Shown: piece by piece, positions 1-9,403 of the stretch
How the letters are laid out: each line of letters begins with the position of its first letter
Position numbering within the stretch: position 1 is the first letter of the stretch
NCBI GenBank assembly: GCA_041946805.1
Contig: JBHGBC010000089.1
Coordinates: 1 to 24,271, forward strand
Reading direction: 5' to 3'
Source: a bacterium
Lineage (GTDB): Bacteria; Hinthialibacterota; Hinthialibacteria; Hinthialibacterales; Hinthialibacteraceae
DNA: 24,271 nt
The notes under the pieces: generated by a model
Databases searched by the model: none
What the model was told of the DNA's origin: nothing
What the model saw: only the letters and a program-made list of their open reading frames with translations
Translations under genes and position numbers: made by a program

Positions 1-774
1 TTCGTGAAGATCAACTGTCCCTCGATCCCCGAATCCCTGCTGGAATCGGAGTTGTTCGGCCATGAGGCGGGAGCGTTCACCGGCGCGGACAAACGCAAAC
101 CGGGCCGTCTGGAGCTGGCCGCGAACGGCACCACGTTTCTGGACGAAATCAGCGAGATCCCGCCGGTGATGCAGGCCAAACTGCTTCAGTTCATCGAACA
201 AAAACAATTCAGCCGCCTGGGGGGCGTCGAATCCCTTCACGTGGATACCCGCATCATCGCCGCCACCAACGCGCCCCTGCCTTTCCTGATCGCGGAGAAG
301 AAATTCCGCGCCGATCTTTTCTACCGGCTCAATGAATTCTCCATCCATCTGCCGCCGCTCCGGGAACGGGTGGAGGATATTCCCCTGTTGGTGGAGCATT
401 TTTGCCGGACCTTGAGCGAAGAAGCCGGACAAGCCCCCCCCCGCGTCTCCTCGTCTACCTTGTTGGAGCTGATGCGCTATCCCTGGCCGGGCAACATCCG
501 GGAATTGAAGGCCGTCGTGAAACGGTTCGTATACAGCCGGCAGGAAGCAGTCCTGCTGGAGGCCATACACAAACCGGAACTGGATATTCACGGGGATCTT
601 TCCATCTACCGGGTCCAGGAAACCGAAAAAAACCTGATTCTGTCGGCGCTGATGGAAACCCATTGGAACCAGCGGAAAGCGGCCTTCAAACTGGGCCTCA
701 GTTACAGCGCCCTGCGCCGCCGGGTGAGCAAATACAACCTGAAAAACGTGGACCTCGCCATCAAAGCCGGATGA
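1..774 (+). CDS. Sigma-54-dependent transcriptional activator (AAA+ domain plus Fis-type HTH), 5'-truncated by the window edge
   Basis: Frame is open from base 1 ([29 protein letters not shown]). Has the GAFTGA loop, Walker [24 protein letters not shown] and a C-terminal HTH ([21 protein letters not shown]). Confidence 0.96.
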   Translation, partial: FVKINCPSIPESLLESELFGHEAGAFTGADKRKPGRLELAANGTTFLDEISEIPPVMQAKLLQFIEQKQFSRLGGVESLHVDTRIIAATNAPLPFLIAEKKFRADLFYRLNEFSIHLPPLRERVEDIPLLVEHFCRTLSEEAGQAPPRVSSSTLLELMRYPWPGNIRELKAVVKRFVYSRQEAVLLEAIHKPELDIHGDLSIYRVQETEKNLILSALMETHWNQRKAAFKLGLSYSALRRRVSKYNLKNVDLAIKAG

Positions 775-974
775 CGGCCGCTTCTCCTGGAAATCCAGGC
801 CCGGGCCGGATTTATCCCCATTCGGAGAAATCCCCCTAGGCAAATGAGGGGCAATGCTTTATATCAATGGAACCTGGATTTGCCGATAACACGCCCGCTC
901 ATCGGACTTTTTTTACGGATCAATCCAGGACGCGGGATCCTGAATGAAAAAGAGCGCGAACGGGAGATCTTTCG

Positions 975-1967
975 ATGAATACCCCCATCACCCGCAGAAC
1001 ATTCCTATCCACCACGGCTTCCACCGCCGGTCTGACAGTCCTGGCGCCGGGCCGTTCAGCCGCCCAACCGGCGGAGAGCTGCGCCATGCCCCTGCGGCCG
1101 CTCGGCAAAACCGGCCGGATGGTTTCCATCGTGGGTTTTGGAGGAGGATCCCGCTATCTCCTCCAGGACGACATGGAAACCGCCGAGAAGATGATTCACC
1201 GCGCCATCGAACTGGGGATCAATTATTTCGATACGGCCCACAGCTACACGAAGGATGGCCAACGGGAAAGCCATCTGCGCTACGGCCGTTTTCTCATCCC
1301 CACGTACCGCCATCAAATCACGTTGACCACCAAACTGGAAGGACGGGACGCGGAGACCGCGAAGCGGCAGTTGGAGGAATCGCTGAACGATCTCAAAACA
1401 GACCATATCGACATTCTTCATTTTCATGGTCTGGCCGCCACGGAGGAAATCGACCGGATACTGGCGAACGATGGCGCGCTCAAAGCGTATCAACAGTGGA
1501 AAGAGGAAGGCGTGATCGGGGCGATCGGCGTCACCGGCCATGGCGACAGCCGCGTCATCGCGGACGCGCTCCGGCGCATCCAGCCGGATGTCGTCATGTG
1601 CCCGCAAAATCCGGCGCATGATGGCAACTACATCGGCTTGAATTTCGCCGCGGATGTCATTCCGTACGCCCTGGAGCATGGCATCGGCCTGTTGGCGATG
1701 AAAACCACCGCGCAGAACGGGCTGATCGGCAAGGGCGGAGTGACGGCGGAAGCGCTGATCCGTTACGCGCTGACCTTGCCCATCGCCGCGGCCGTCATCG
1801 GCATGCCCAATCTGGAAGTCGTCGAATCCAACGCCCAAATCGCCCGGTCCTTGGCGCCGATGACCGCGGAACAACGCGAGGAAATCCGGAAAAAACTGGC
1901 CTTCGCCGCCGTGGACGGAAGTTTGCTCTACCGGGCGGCCGGATATATCGACGGGCGGTTGGCTTGA
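975..1967 (+). CDS. Aldo/keto reductase with twin-arginine (Tat) signal peptide
   Basis: N-terminal TRRTFL followed by a weakly hydrophobic stretch. AKR motifs RPLGKTG, GINYFDTAHSY (Asp/Tyr), TTKL (Lys), SLNDLKTDHIDILHFH (His), IGVTGH, AMKT. Confidence 0.92.
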   Translation: MNTPITRRTFLSTTASTAGLTVLAPGRSAAQPAESCAMPLRPLGKTGRMVSIVGFGGGSRYLLQDDMETAEKMIHRAIELGINYFDTAHSYTKDGQRESHLRYGRFLIPTYRHQITLTTKLEGRDAETAKRQLEESLNDLKTDHIDILHFHGLAATEEIDRILANDGALKAYQQWKEEGVIGAIGVTGHGDSRVIADALRRIQPDVVMCPQNPAHDGNYIGLNFAADVIPYALEHGIGLLAMKTTAQNGLIGKGGVTAEALIRYALTLPIAAAVIGMPNLEVVESNAQIARSLAPMTAEQREEIRKKLAFAAVDGSLLYRAAGYIDGRLA

Positions 1968-2047
1968 GGAGAAAACCGGCTCGCCGGCCCTCCGCGGCGA
2001 GTCAGGAATGCAGGTCATCCCAATCCATTCCCCGAAAGAGGACGGGT

Positions 2048-3271
2048 ATGAAAATCCAATGGCCGCGTGAATTTCCCGGGATTCATTGGTTGGACGCGCG
2101 GGAAGAGAAAGCCGTGCTGGACGTGATCCGCGGCAAATCGCCGTTTCGGTATTACGGCGTGCGGAAACCCAAATATGTGGACGCCTTGGAAGCCCGCGCC
2201 CGCCGGTTCTATGGCGCGCAATACGCCTTGGCCGTCAACAGCGGCACCGGCGCGTTGATGACGGCGATGCAAGCCCTGGGCATCGGGCCGGGGATGGAAG
2301 TGATTCTCCCGTGCTTCTTCTGGACCGCCACCGTCAGCGCCGCCGTCCAAGCCAACGCCATCCCGGTTCTGTGCGAAGTGAACGACAGTTTCACGATGGA
2401 TCCCGAAGACCTGCAGAAGAAAATCACCCCGCGCACCCGCCTGATCGTTCCGGTCCACATGGCCGGGGCGGTGTGCGATATGCAGGCGGTCATGCGGATC
2501 GCCCGCCGGCACAGGATTCCCGTTTTCGAAGATTGCGCCCAGGCCAATGGCGGCGAATTCCAGAGCCGGAAAATCGGCACTTTTGGAAAGCTCGGCATGT
2601 TCAGCCTGCAAATGAACAAGAACGCCACCGCCGGCGAGGGGGGGTTGTTGATCACCAACGACTCGAAACTGTATACGCGGTGCGTCTCCGCCCACGACGT
2701 AGGTCTGCCCTGGATCGGCGGCGCGCCTTGTTTCGCCGGCCCGGAATCCATGACCTGGGGCGGCGGCCGCCGCATGAGTGAACTGACCGGCGCGGTGGCT
2801 TCGGTCCAGATCCAAAAACTGCCGCGGATCCTCAACCGCATGCGGGCTTCCAAACGCCGCATCAAGGCCGCGCTGGCGGGAACGCCCGGCCTCTCGTTCC
2901 GGCGGCTGAACGATGAAGCGGGCGATACCGGCTGTTTCTTGATTCTGCTTTTGGAGACACCCGCCGCCGCGCGACTCGCGGCCGGACGCCTCCAGGCCCA
3001 GGGCATCGCGAGCGCCTGCCGCCTCGCGGACTACGGCCTGCACATTTATTCCAACATTCCTCAATTGGTCAACCGGACGCCGCTTTCGCCCGCGGGGAAT
3101 CCCTGGAATCTGCCACAAAACCGGGCGCTCGTCCGCGATTATCAAAAAGGCGCCTGCCCCCAAAGCGACGCGCTCTTCGCCCGGTCGATCTCGATCCCGA
3201 TTCCATCCTGCCTGACCCGGGAAGAGGAGAAAATGGCGGCGCAAATCATTCAACAAGCGGTCCCGGACTGA
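2048..3271 (+). CDS. DegT/DnrJ/EryC1/StrS-family PLP-dependent sugar aminotransferase
   Basis: Motifs AVNSGTGAL, VPVHMAG, EDCAQANG and FSLQMNKNATAGEGG (PLP lysine). Start moved from the ORF track's TTG 1964 to ATG 2048, which follows GAGGA (2038-2042). Confidence 0.93.
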   Translation: MKIQWPREFPGIHWLDAREEKAVLDVIRGKSPFRYYGVRKPKYVDALEARARRFYGAQYALAVNSGTGALMTAMQALGIGPGMEVILPCFFWTATVSAAVQANAIPVLCEVNDSFTMDPEDLQKKITPRTRLIVPVHMAGAVCDMQAVMRIARRHRIPVFEDCAQANGGEFQSRKIGTFGKLGMFSLQMNKNATAGEGGLLITNDSKLYTRCVSAHDVGLPWIGGAPCFAGPESMTWGGGRRMSELTGAVASVQIQKLPRILNRMRASKRRIKAALAGTPGLSFRRLNDEAGDTGCFLILLLETPAAARLAAGRLQAQGIASACRLADYGLHIYSNIPQLVNRTPLSPAGNPWNLPQNRALVRDYQKGACPQSDALFARSISIPIPSCLTREEEKMAAQIIQQAVPD

Positions 3272-3337
3272 AAAGCGCGGATTTCCATTGCACCATCCGC
3301 GGCCGGTTTATGTCATCGCGGGAGGGAACCGGATCGC

Positions 3338-5806
3338 TTACCAGGCTGCCTGTAAGCCCAATTCGCGGCAAGGCTGGCGCAGATAAAACAAGTCGAATTC
3401 CCACCAATCACCGCCGCCTTCCACATCATCGAGATACAGGGTGACCGTGTAGCCGTTCTCCTCGGACGGCTGTTCCAGGATGAAGGGATGCAGCGGGCGG
3501 GTCGCGGTGGAACGCGGAATCACCGAGACCGGCTGGGCGGGAAGCGGATGAATAATCGACGATTCGGCCACGGTCATGGGGTCCCAACGCAGGTGTTCGA
3601 TTTCGAGGTCACCGCCCCGGATGCGAATTAAATCGCGTCCATCCACCTTGCATTGGAAATGAGCCAGATGAACCGCTTCGCCGGCATGCGCTTCCAGCAA
3701 CCGTTCGTATTTCCACTGCTCTTCCTGGATGGAGCGCTCGATCGTCTTCGTGTCCGGGGCCGCCGCGAAACGCTTTTCCGCCGCTCGTAAATCAGACAGA
3801 ACCTGTCGGCAATTTTCCATCAATTGCGTCACGCCGAATAATTGATATCCATATCCGGGGGCGTTCGAGAATGCAGTGCAGGCATTCTCCAGCTCGTCAC
3901 AGAGATGCCGGAGCCTCGACTGGTTCTCGAGGCTGGGATTCTCTCGATATTGGAAAAAAGCAAGGCCGGTACGGACATAGAGATTGTTGGTCTGAATCAG
4001 AAGACGAGTCAATTGCAACGAGTTCCCCGCCCGTTCCGCCAGGGAGAGATCCCCGATGGCCGGCCGGATGCCTTCCAAATCATGGATCATGGCCTCCGCG
4101 GTTTCCAATCCATGATCCAGGTTACGCAGGGTTTCGGGAATCCACGGTTTACAATGCAGATATATTTGGCGCAGGAATTCCCGGTGCACTTTTCCCTGGT
4201 CCAGGCGGGTATATCCATCCGCGATGAACATGCCGACGCGGATGTGCGGCAGGGAGTTGAACTCGCCATACGCAACCGGTTCAATATACAAGCCATACTT
4301 GTACGCGGCGGGCGATTGCATGAGAATCCGGGCCATGCCGGGCGCCGCCGGAGATCCGAAGTACATCGACGCAAAATCCCCGGCTATCCGTTCCACGTCA
4401 TCGTGATGATCCCATGACAACCGCGAAACCGTGTACGCGGTGAGGGTGCGCGTGTCCCAGCCGTCCTGCTCCGGCAGATCCAGGCTGCATCCTTTCAAAT
4501 TACTGGCCTCCCGGTCGAGCATCAGTTGGAGACCGGCCTGAAAATACGGGCCGGGATAGACCGGAAACAAATCGCCTCCCGCGTGATAATCCATGGTCTC
4601 GAATACCACCATCATGTTGTGCGGGGTTTGATTCACGGTCGGATTGTACCGTTGATACCACCACCGGTCGTTCTGCGTGAAGCTGGGAATCAAATACAAA
4701 TTTTCCACGGGAATCTCATCCGTGAAAATGCCGCGGTACACCTCGGGCTGGGACTGTTGTTCGTAACTCGAGGTGGTCCAGGTGCGATGCATGTAGCTTT
4801 TCTTGAATTCCCCGGCCACCACGCTCCAGACATTCCGGACGTACGTCCGGTACCGTTTTTCCAGGCTCCAGTCGCAGTTTTCGCCGCCGTGCATGGGATC
4901 GAACGTCTTGTAGTTGCCCCAATACTGCTGCTCGGGTCCCGTGAACGTGACGACACCGTCCAGTTCGGGCAGGGCCCGCAGCAGACGCCGGTATTTCTCT
5001 TTCACCGCTTCCCAAAACCGATCATCGGCGGGGGACAAGCTCGCATGGAATTCCTCCAGCAGCGAAGGATGATAGGTGAAGTCCGTGCCGAAGGCCGCGC
5101 ATTGGATATGCAACGCATGCGCGTAATCGATCAACTCTTTCACGCGGGCGCGGCTTTTTTCATTCTCGCCGCGCTCGGGTTCGGCATTCCAGGGAACGAA
5201 ATTCAAGACATTGCTGACCAAAACCCAATTCAAGCCATACCGCAGAGCCCGGCGGATGTCTTCCTCATTGGATACCGGAATCCGGGTATACCGGATTCGC
5301 AACGCCGGTTCCCGTTTGGTGTTGATCGCCGTCATGGATTTGTTAATCCGCAGACGGTCCCGTATCCAATGCAAGCCATAGGCGTCCCCCAGCACCGATC
5401 CCCCGGCCACGAGTATCAGCGTTCCCCCGCCTTCGGCCCGGGTCGCGATTTCGAATCCCTCGGGATTTGGCACTCCGGCCAAAACGATTTTTTTCTGCTC
5501 GATCAACTCCCGGGTCAGTGGATTTCGTTGGGGATCACCCACCACGAGAATGTTGGATGGCGCCGGATTCCCCTCCGGCTCCGCGCCGAAGGTTAGGCCG
5601 TAATCTCCGCCGGTTTCGCGCAAATCGGCCCAGGCGGCCTGGAACGCCGCATCGCGCCATATCTCGGGAGTAGTCCTGACCGTCCAGGTTTCCCGGGACC
5701 GCGCCGCCGATGGAGCCGGGGGCGCCAGAAGGGCGAAAACCATCGAGAGACCCAGGAGAACGCGGCAAGGATTGAAGGAGAGTGATCCAATGGGATTCGT
5801 ATCCAT
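3338..5806 (-). CDS. Secreted multidomain protein, probable glycoside hydrolase (GH67/GH115/GH20-type N-terminal domain, putative barrel, helical region, C-terminal beta domain)
   Basis: Signal-like segment (VLLGLSMVFALLAPPAPSAA). N-terminal pattern ILVVG...PEGFEI...LILVAGGSVLGDAYGLH...EPALRIR is typical of the domain preceding GH20/67/115 barrels. Lies 16 bp downstream of the GH106-like gene. Family assignment is inference. Confidence 0.7.
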   Translation of the reverse strand: MDTNPIGSLSFNPCRVLLGLSMVFALLAPPAPSAARSRETWTVRTTPEIWRDAAFQAAWADLRETGGDYGLTFGAEPEGNPAPSNILVVGDPQRNPLTRELIEQKKIVLAGVPNPEGFEIATRAEGGGTLILVAGGSVLGDAYGLHWIRDRLRINKSMTAINTKREPALRIRYTRIPVSNEEDIRRALRYGLNWVLVSNVLNFVPWNAEPERGENEKSRARVKELIDYAHALHIQCAAFGTDFTYHPSLLEEFHASLSPADDRFWEAVKEKYRRLLRALPELDGVVTFTGPEQQYWGNYKTFDPMHGGENCDWSLEKRYRTYVRNVWSVVAGEFKKSYMHRTWTTSSYEQQSQPEVYRGIFTDEIPVENLYLIPSFTQNDRWWYQRYNPTVNQTPHNMMVVFETMDYHAGGDLFPVYPGPYFQAGLQLMLDREASNLKGCSLDLPEQDGWDTRTLTAYTVSRLSWDHHDDVERIAGDFASMYFGSPAAPGMARILMQSPAAYKYGLYIEPVAYGEFNSLPHIRVGMFIADGYTRLDQGKVHREFLRQIYLHCKPWIPETLRNLDHGLETAEAMIHDLEGIRPAIGDLSLAERAGNSLQLTRLLIQTNNLYVRTGLAFFQYRENPSLENQSRLRHLCDELENACTAFSNAPGYGYQLFGVTQLMENCRQVLSDLRAAEKRFAAAPDTKTIERSIQEEQWKYERLLEAHAGEAVHLAHFQCKVDGRDLIRIRGGDLEIEHLRWDPMTVAESSIIHPLPAQPVSVIPRSTATRPLHPFILEQPSEENGYTVTLYLDDVEGGGDWWEFDLFYLRQPCRELGLQAAW

Positions 5807-5822
5807 GACCGGCAGTCCGCTT

Positions 5823-8800
5823 TCATTGATTTATTGGGTGAGGAATTGCCAGTTCCATTTTCTTGTACGGGATGATCGACACCGGCCCCAGCAAACCGGA
5901 GGGAGGCAGCGGCGTGAATCCAATGGGGCTGTGCCTTCCGCGCGGCAAGGGGGGGACGGCGCGCCCGTACAGGGGGACCAGGTTCTCGGGTATCGGCTCC
6001 GGCCCGGTGTAGTGGGAGATGCGGTTGATCAAGGTGTTCGTGACATATACGGTCATTCGGTTCGCGCCCGGACGCAGGGCGCCGGTGAGGTCCAGCGCCT
6101 GCCCCCGCATCCAGACCGTCCCCCGCGGCGTCTCATTGATCCAGAATTCCCCCACGTTGCCGATTTTTCCCGGATCCAGTTCCAATTGGATGTTTTCCTG
6201 GAAATAGGAAGAAGGAACCTCGAAAGCGATGTCATAGCGGGCCCTCCCACTGAAATGCCGGGTTTGCGGATCCAGCGTCCATGATTCCAGCCGGTCGAGC
6301 GTTTTCTCGATGCGGGGAAACTCACGGCCTTCCAAGGTTAATATCCATTCTCCCTCGACCGCCAAGGGCGCGGGAAGATCGTCCACGCGCACGGGATCGG
6401 TTTTGCCCCGGCCATGCGACAATTGCGCGCTGAAGACGCCATTCCGGTTCACGATGGCTTCGAGGGTGGTCCCGGTCATGCGGGGGATGTCATGGAATGA
6501 GCTTTGCGTCACATGGATCGGGGGCTCACCCGTTTCAAACAAAAAAAATGTGGATTCGTAAGGCGCCAGAGCCAGGGGGATTTCGATTCCCTCCGGTGTT
6601 TCGCGGTATTGATGGAGGGGACGAACCGCGCCGGCGCCGGGATTCCATTCCTGGGGAACGGCGCGCCGGACGCGGAAGGTGACGGGGAAATGAACCGGCC
6701 GGTCTTGGATGTTCGTGACGAAATAGAGTTCCGCGTTATCCAGCCTTCGATGAATAAAGGTTAAGCCATCGTTTTGCCGCATGCCTTCCCGGTTGCAATC
6801 AATATCAAAATCCGGATGGACATGCCGCCGCAAGGTATTGACGAAGGGATCGAGCGCGCTGCTGCGCCGGTCCAACGGATCGGTCCGGCCGATGACGTTT
6901 TTGATGCAATACGTCAATCCCTCGCCGTAGCGCTTCGGGGCGGTTTCGTCTTCCTCCCGGGATTCATCGAACAGTTCATGCACTATTTCCCGCAGCCGCT
7001 GGTCATTTTGAGGATAGCCGCGCAAGCCGGTGGAGGAGCCGGGCAGGCGTTCCAAGGCGATCGCCGTTCCTCCCATCCGGACGAAGGTTTGGATGACTTC
7101 CAAGGTGGCGAGGGGAAGCGCCTGGAGGTTGGGGAGAATGATGATTGGGTATTGTAAGTGACGAACGCGCAGGCGGCCGCCCTCCACCACGGCATGGTTC
7201 TGGATGATGTCGTCGTTCAACAGATCGAAATCGTAGCCGTTGGCGGTGATCAATCCGCCCAAGCTCCCCCAATCGAAGTCGCGCGTCCACCGCCGCGCGT
7301 TCAGGCAATCCAGCGTCCATTGGTTGGCCAAGGGAGAATAGACGGCGATGTCGGCGGTGCATTCCCCCTGCCGGAGCATCCAGCAACACCGGGCGAGGTA
7401 TTCGGCCAGGAGGGGATAATCGTTCCACCATACATTGTCGGGACTGATGTGAATGGCCGCCCCCATGCTGCGCGAAGGGACTGCGTCCCGCTCCGGCAAG
7501 CACGTATACCCGTGATTATAAAATAGATTCGCGCCGTTCCGCAGGAAATCATCGCCGGCGATTTTCAGTTCTTCGAGCGTCGCCCGGTAAGGCTGCCAAT
7601 GCAGAAACGTATACGCTTCGGCCGAAACTAGGTTTCTCCCATACAAATGGGCGCCGGACGCCACATACTTTTTCGGTCCGATGCGCGTGTCGAACCAGGG
7701 CACGGCGTCCTTTTCCCCCGCCGTGATTTCCATCTCCGGGATGGGCGTCATTCCCGCCCCTTGGATGGTATCGGTGGCGAATCCATAGGGCTGGATACGG
7801 CCTGGCACGCCGTGTTCCGCGCACCAATCGAGGAAAGTCTGAAAAAACGCCTCCAAACCGGTTTGATGCAAAAATTCGTTGACATCATAACGGATTTTCG
7901 GCGTGATTTCGCCCATGTCCCACCAGACCGCCGGAAGGTAAACGGTCAAATCATAGCCTTTTCTCCGTTGGAATTCCTCCAGCAGCCCCTCCGACCAATA
8001 GACGCCATTGGGCGCGAGGGCCACTTCGAAACTGTCACAGAAAAAGGAATCGACGGTTTTGCCGAATTCGCTACCCAATTCTTCATAAAAGCGGCCGCCC
8101 AAGTACTCACAGTACCGGCGCATGGCGGACCGGCTGAAATGATCCACGGCGTCTCCCTGGCCGGTATATTTCAACCAAAACGCCATCAAACGCCAGCGGC
8201 CTTCGGGCACTTGCCATTCGATCGCGCCGTCCTTGACACGGGAAGTCAGCACGATCGCTGGCGTCGCCTCCAATCCCTCCCCGCTCCGCTTTCCGGCCAC
8301 CACGGCGAGCAATTGGTCGTCCCGGGTGATTTCTTGGGCCGGCAATTCCCACGAATGGACAGGCCGTCTCAATTGGCGGGGGAGATACATCCGGATCGTT
8401 TGGGGGCCTTCCAGGTCGATGGAGGTGGGAACCAGGCATTTGCTACGGTCCCGCGGCGGAACCCAGGCGCCGCCGATCACCCACCCCGGGCCCCCGAAAT
8501 TGATGGAAACATTCATGCCAAGCCGTTTGGCCGTTTGGACGGCATGGCCGAGTTTTTCGAAATATTCGCCGGACAAATAGGGGACATTCCCTTTTTCATA
8601 CACCGCCTCCATCGTGATCTGCTCTACCCCGCCGATCCCCTTGTCCGCCATCTCTTCCAACTGCCAGGTGATGTCTTCCTTGGCTGCGGCGTTCCCCATC
8701 CACCACCACCGGGTGCGCGGGCGGCAATCGCTGGGGGGGTGGAGAAAATGGCGGCGCATGGCTTCCAGATCCGTCCCGGCGGAGGACCCATGGGAAAACC

Positions 8801-8882
8801 AACAAAGTATCATCACCGCCCAAAAGAAGATTGTGAGGCTTGATTTTTTCCCCGTCACGGTCTTTTCCGGATCTCGTGTCAT
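5823..8882 (-). CDS. GH106-family glycoside hydrolase (alpha-L-rhamnosidase-like), secreted
   Basis: Signal peptide; PP..CRPRTRWWWMGN, GIGGVE, PYLSGEY, GWVIGGAWV, DSFE, ASGAHLYG...SAEAYT and GYDFDLLN motifs; C-terminal beta-sandwich ending PSGLLGPV. Confidence 0.88.
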   Translation of the reverse strand: MTRDPEKTVTGKKSSLTIFFWAVMILCWFSHGSSAGTDLEAMRRHFLHPPSDCRPRTRWWWMGNAAAKEDITWQLEEMADKGIGGVEQITMEAVYEKGNVPYLSGEYFEKLGHAVQTAKRLGMNVSINFGGPGWVIGGAWVPPRDRSKCLVPTSIDLEGPQTIRMYLPRQLRRPVHSWELPAQEITRDDQLLAVVAGKRSGEGLEATPAIVLTSRVKDGAIEWQVPEGRWRLMAFWLKYTGQGDAVDHFSRSAMRRYCEYLGGRFYEELGSEFGKTVDSFFCDSFEVALAPNGVYWSEGLLEEFQRRKGYDLTVYLPAVWWDMGEITPKIRYDVNEFLHQTGLEAFFQTFLDWCAEHGVPGRIQPYGFATDTIQGAGMTPIPEMEITAGEKDAVPWFDTRIGPKKYVASGAHLYGRNLVSAEAYTFLHWQPYRATLEELKIAGDDFLRNGANLFYNHGYTCLPERDAVPSRSMGAAIHISPDNVWWNDYPLLAEYLARCCWMLRQGECTADIAVYSPLANQWTLDCLNARRWTRDFDWGSLGGLITANGYDFDLLNDDIIQNHAVVEGGRLRVRHLQYPIIILPNLQALPLATLEVIQTFVRMGGTAIALERLPGSSTGLRGYPQNDQRLREIVHELFDESREEDETAPKRYGEGLTYCIKNVIGRTDPLDRRSSALDPFVNTLRRHVHPDFDIDCNREGMRQNDGLTFIHRRLDNAELYFVTNIQDRPVHFPVTFRVRRAVPQEWNPGAGAVRPLHQYRETPEGIEIPLALAPYESTFFLFETGEPPIHVTQSSFHDIPRMTGTTLEAIVNRNGVFSAQLSHGRGKTDPVRVDDLPAPLAVEGEWILTLEGREFPRIEKTLDRLESWTLDPQTRHFSGRARYDIAFEVPSSYFQENIQLELDPGKIGNVGEFWINETPRGTVWMRGQALDLTGALRPGANRMTVYVTNTLINRISHYTGPEPIPENLVPLYGRAVPPLPRGRHSPIGFTPLPPSGLLGPVSIIPYKKMELAIPHPINQ

Positions 8883-9012
8883 GAGCTGATGCCCTGTCCC
8901 GCCGTTGCATCGAGGGATCCCGATTACTTACATTGGAATACCATCCAGGCCGAGAAGGCCGAACCGGCGCAGCGGCAAATAGTGATACTGATACTTTGAT
9001 GTTCCATATATT

Positions 9013-9069
9013 GTGGTTCAGGCATCCTGCCTGCAACCATATTGAGCGCGGACAAGATGTCTGCACCAC
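9013..9069. repeat. REP doublet (REPIN-like inverted pair with GTGG ends), family D
   Basis: gtggttcaggcatcctgcctgc (9013-9034) and gcggacaagatgtctgcaccac (9048-9069) are inverted copies (17/22 match), each with its own internal hairpin, 13 bp apart. Confidence 0.7.
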
Positions 9070-9341
9070 CCTCAGATGACTTTTTGCCGCTCCGTCAGAA
9101 CGGCGATGGGAGCGAATACAGTATCGGCGCGCCTAGTATCGCAAAAGAGTGACCGGTAGCCAACCGCGCCAACCGGAGTGATCAACGCAAATTTCCCGCC
9201 CGGAGCCTCTCGGAGCAGGTCCGGAGGAGGGAATACAGCCGGGAAGAATCCTGGGATCCGGCCGCAATGGGATCCGGGAACGAAAACCAGATTCAATATC
9301 ATGAAGGCCCATGCCGGAGGAAGCCATTTTTCCACATTCCG

Positions 9342-9367
9342 GGAACCTGGATCCCAGGGATCCCGTA
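9342..9367 (+). promoter_or_regulatory. Candidate ECF-sigma promoter (-35 GGAAC, 17 bp spacer, -10 CGTA), probably autoregulatory
   Basis: GGAAC 9342-9346 and CGTA 9364-9367, about 36 bp upstream of a TTG start with an AGGAGG ribosome-binding site. Matches the AAC/CGT ECF promoter consensus. Confidence 0.7.
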
Positions 9368-9403
9368 TATACCAGCGTATGGGGATCACAGGAGGGCGAG
9401 TCT

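Noticed and set aside
869..895. GGAACCTGGAT identical to the start of the ECF promoter at 9342
   Set aside because: No CGT -10 element at 16-17 bp spacing; may be chance.
1964..2047. 28-residue N-terminal extension of the aminotransferase from TTG 1964
   Set aside because: It is low-complexity and non-homologous, and a better RBS precedes ATG 2048.
9139..9156. GG-N10-GC on the minus strand upstream of the GH106 gene as a sigma-54 promoter
   Set aside because: It lacks the TGGCAC -24 consensus. No convincing sigma-54 promoter was found in the window despite two activators.
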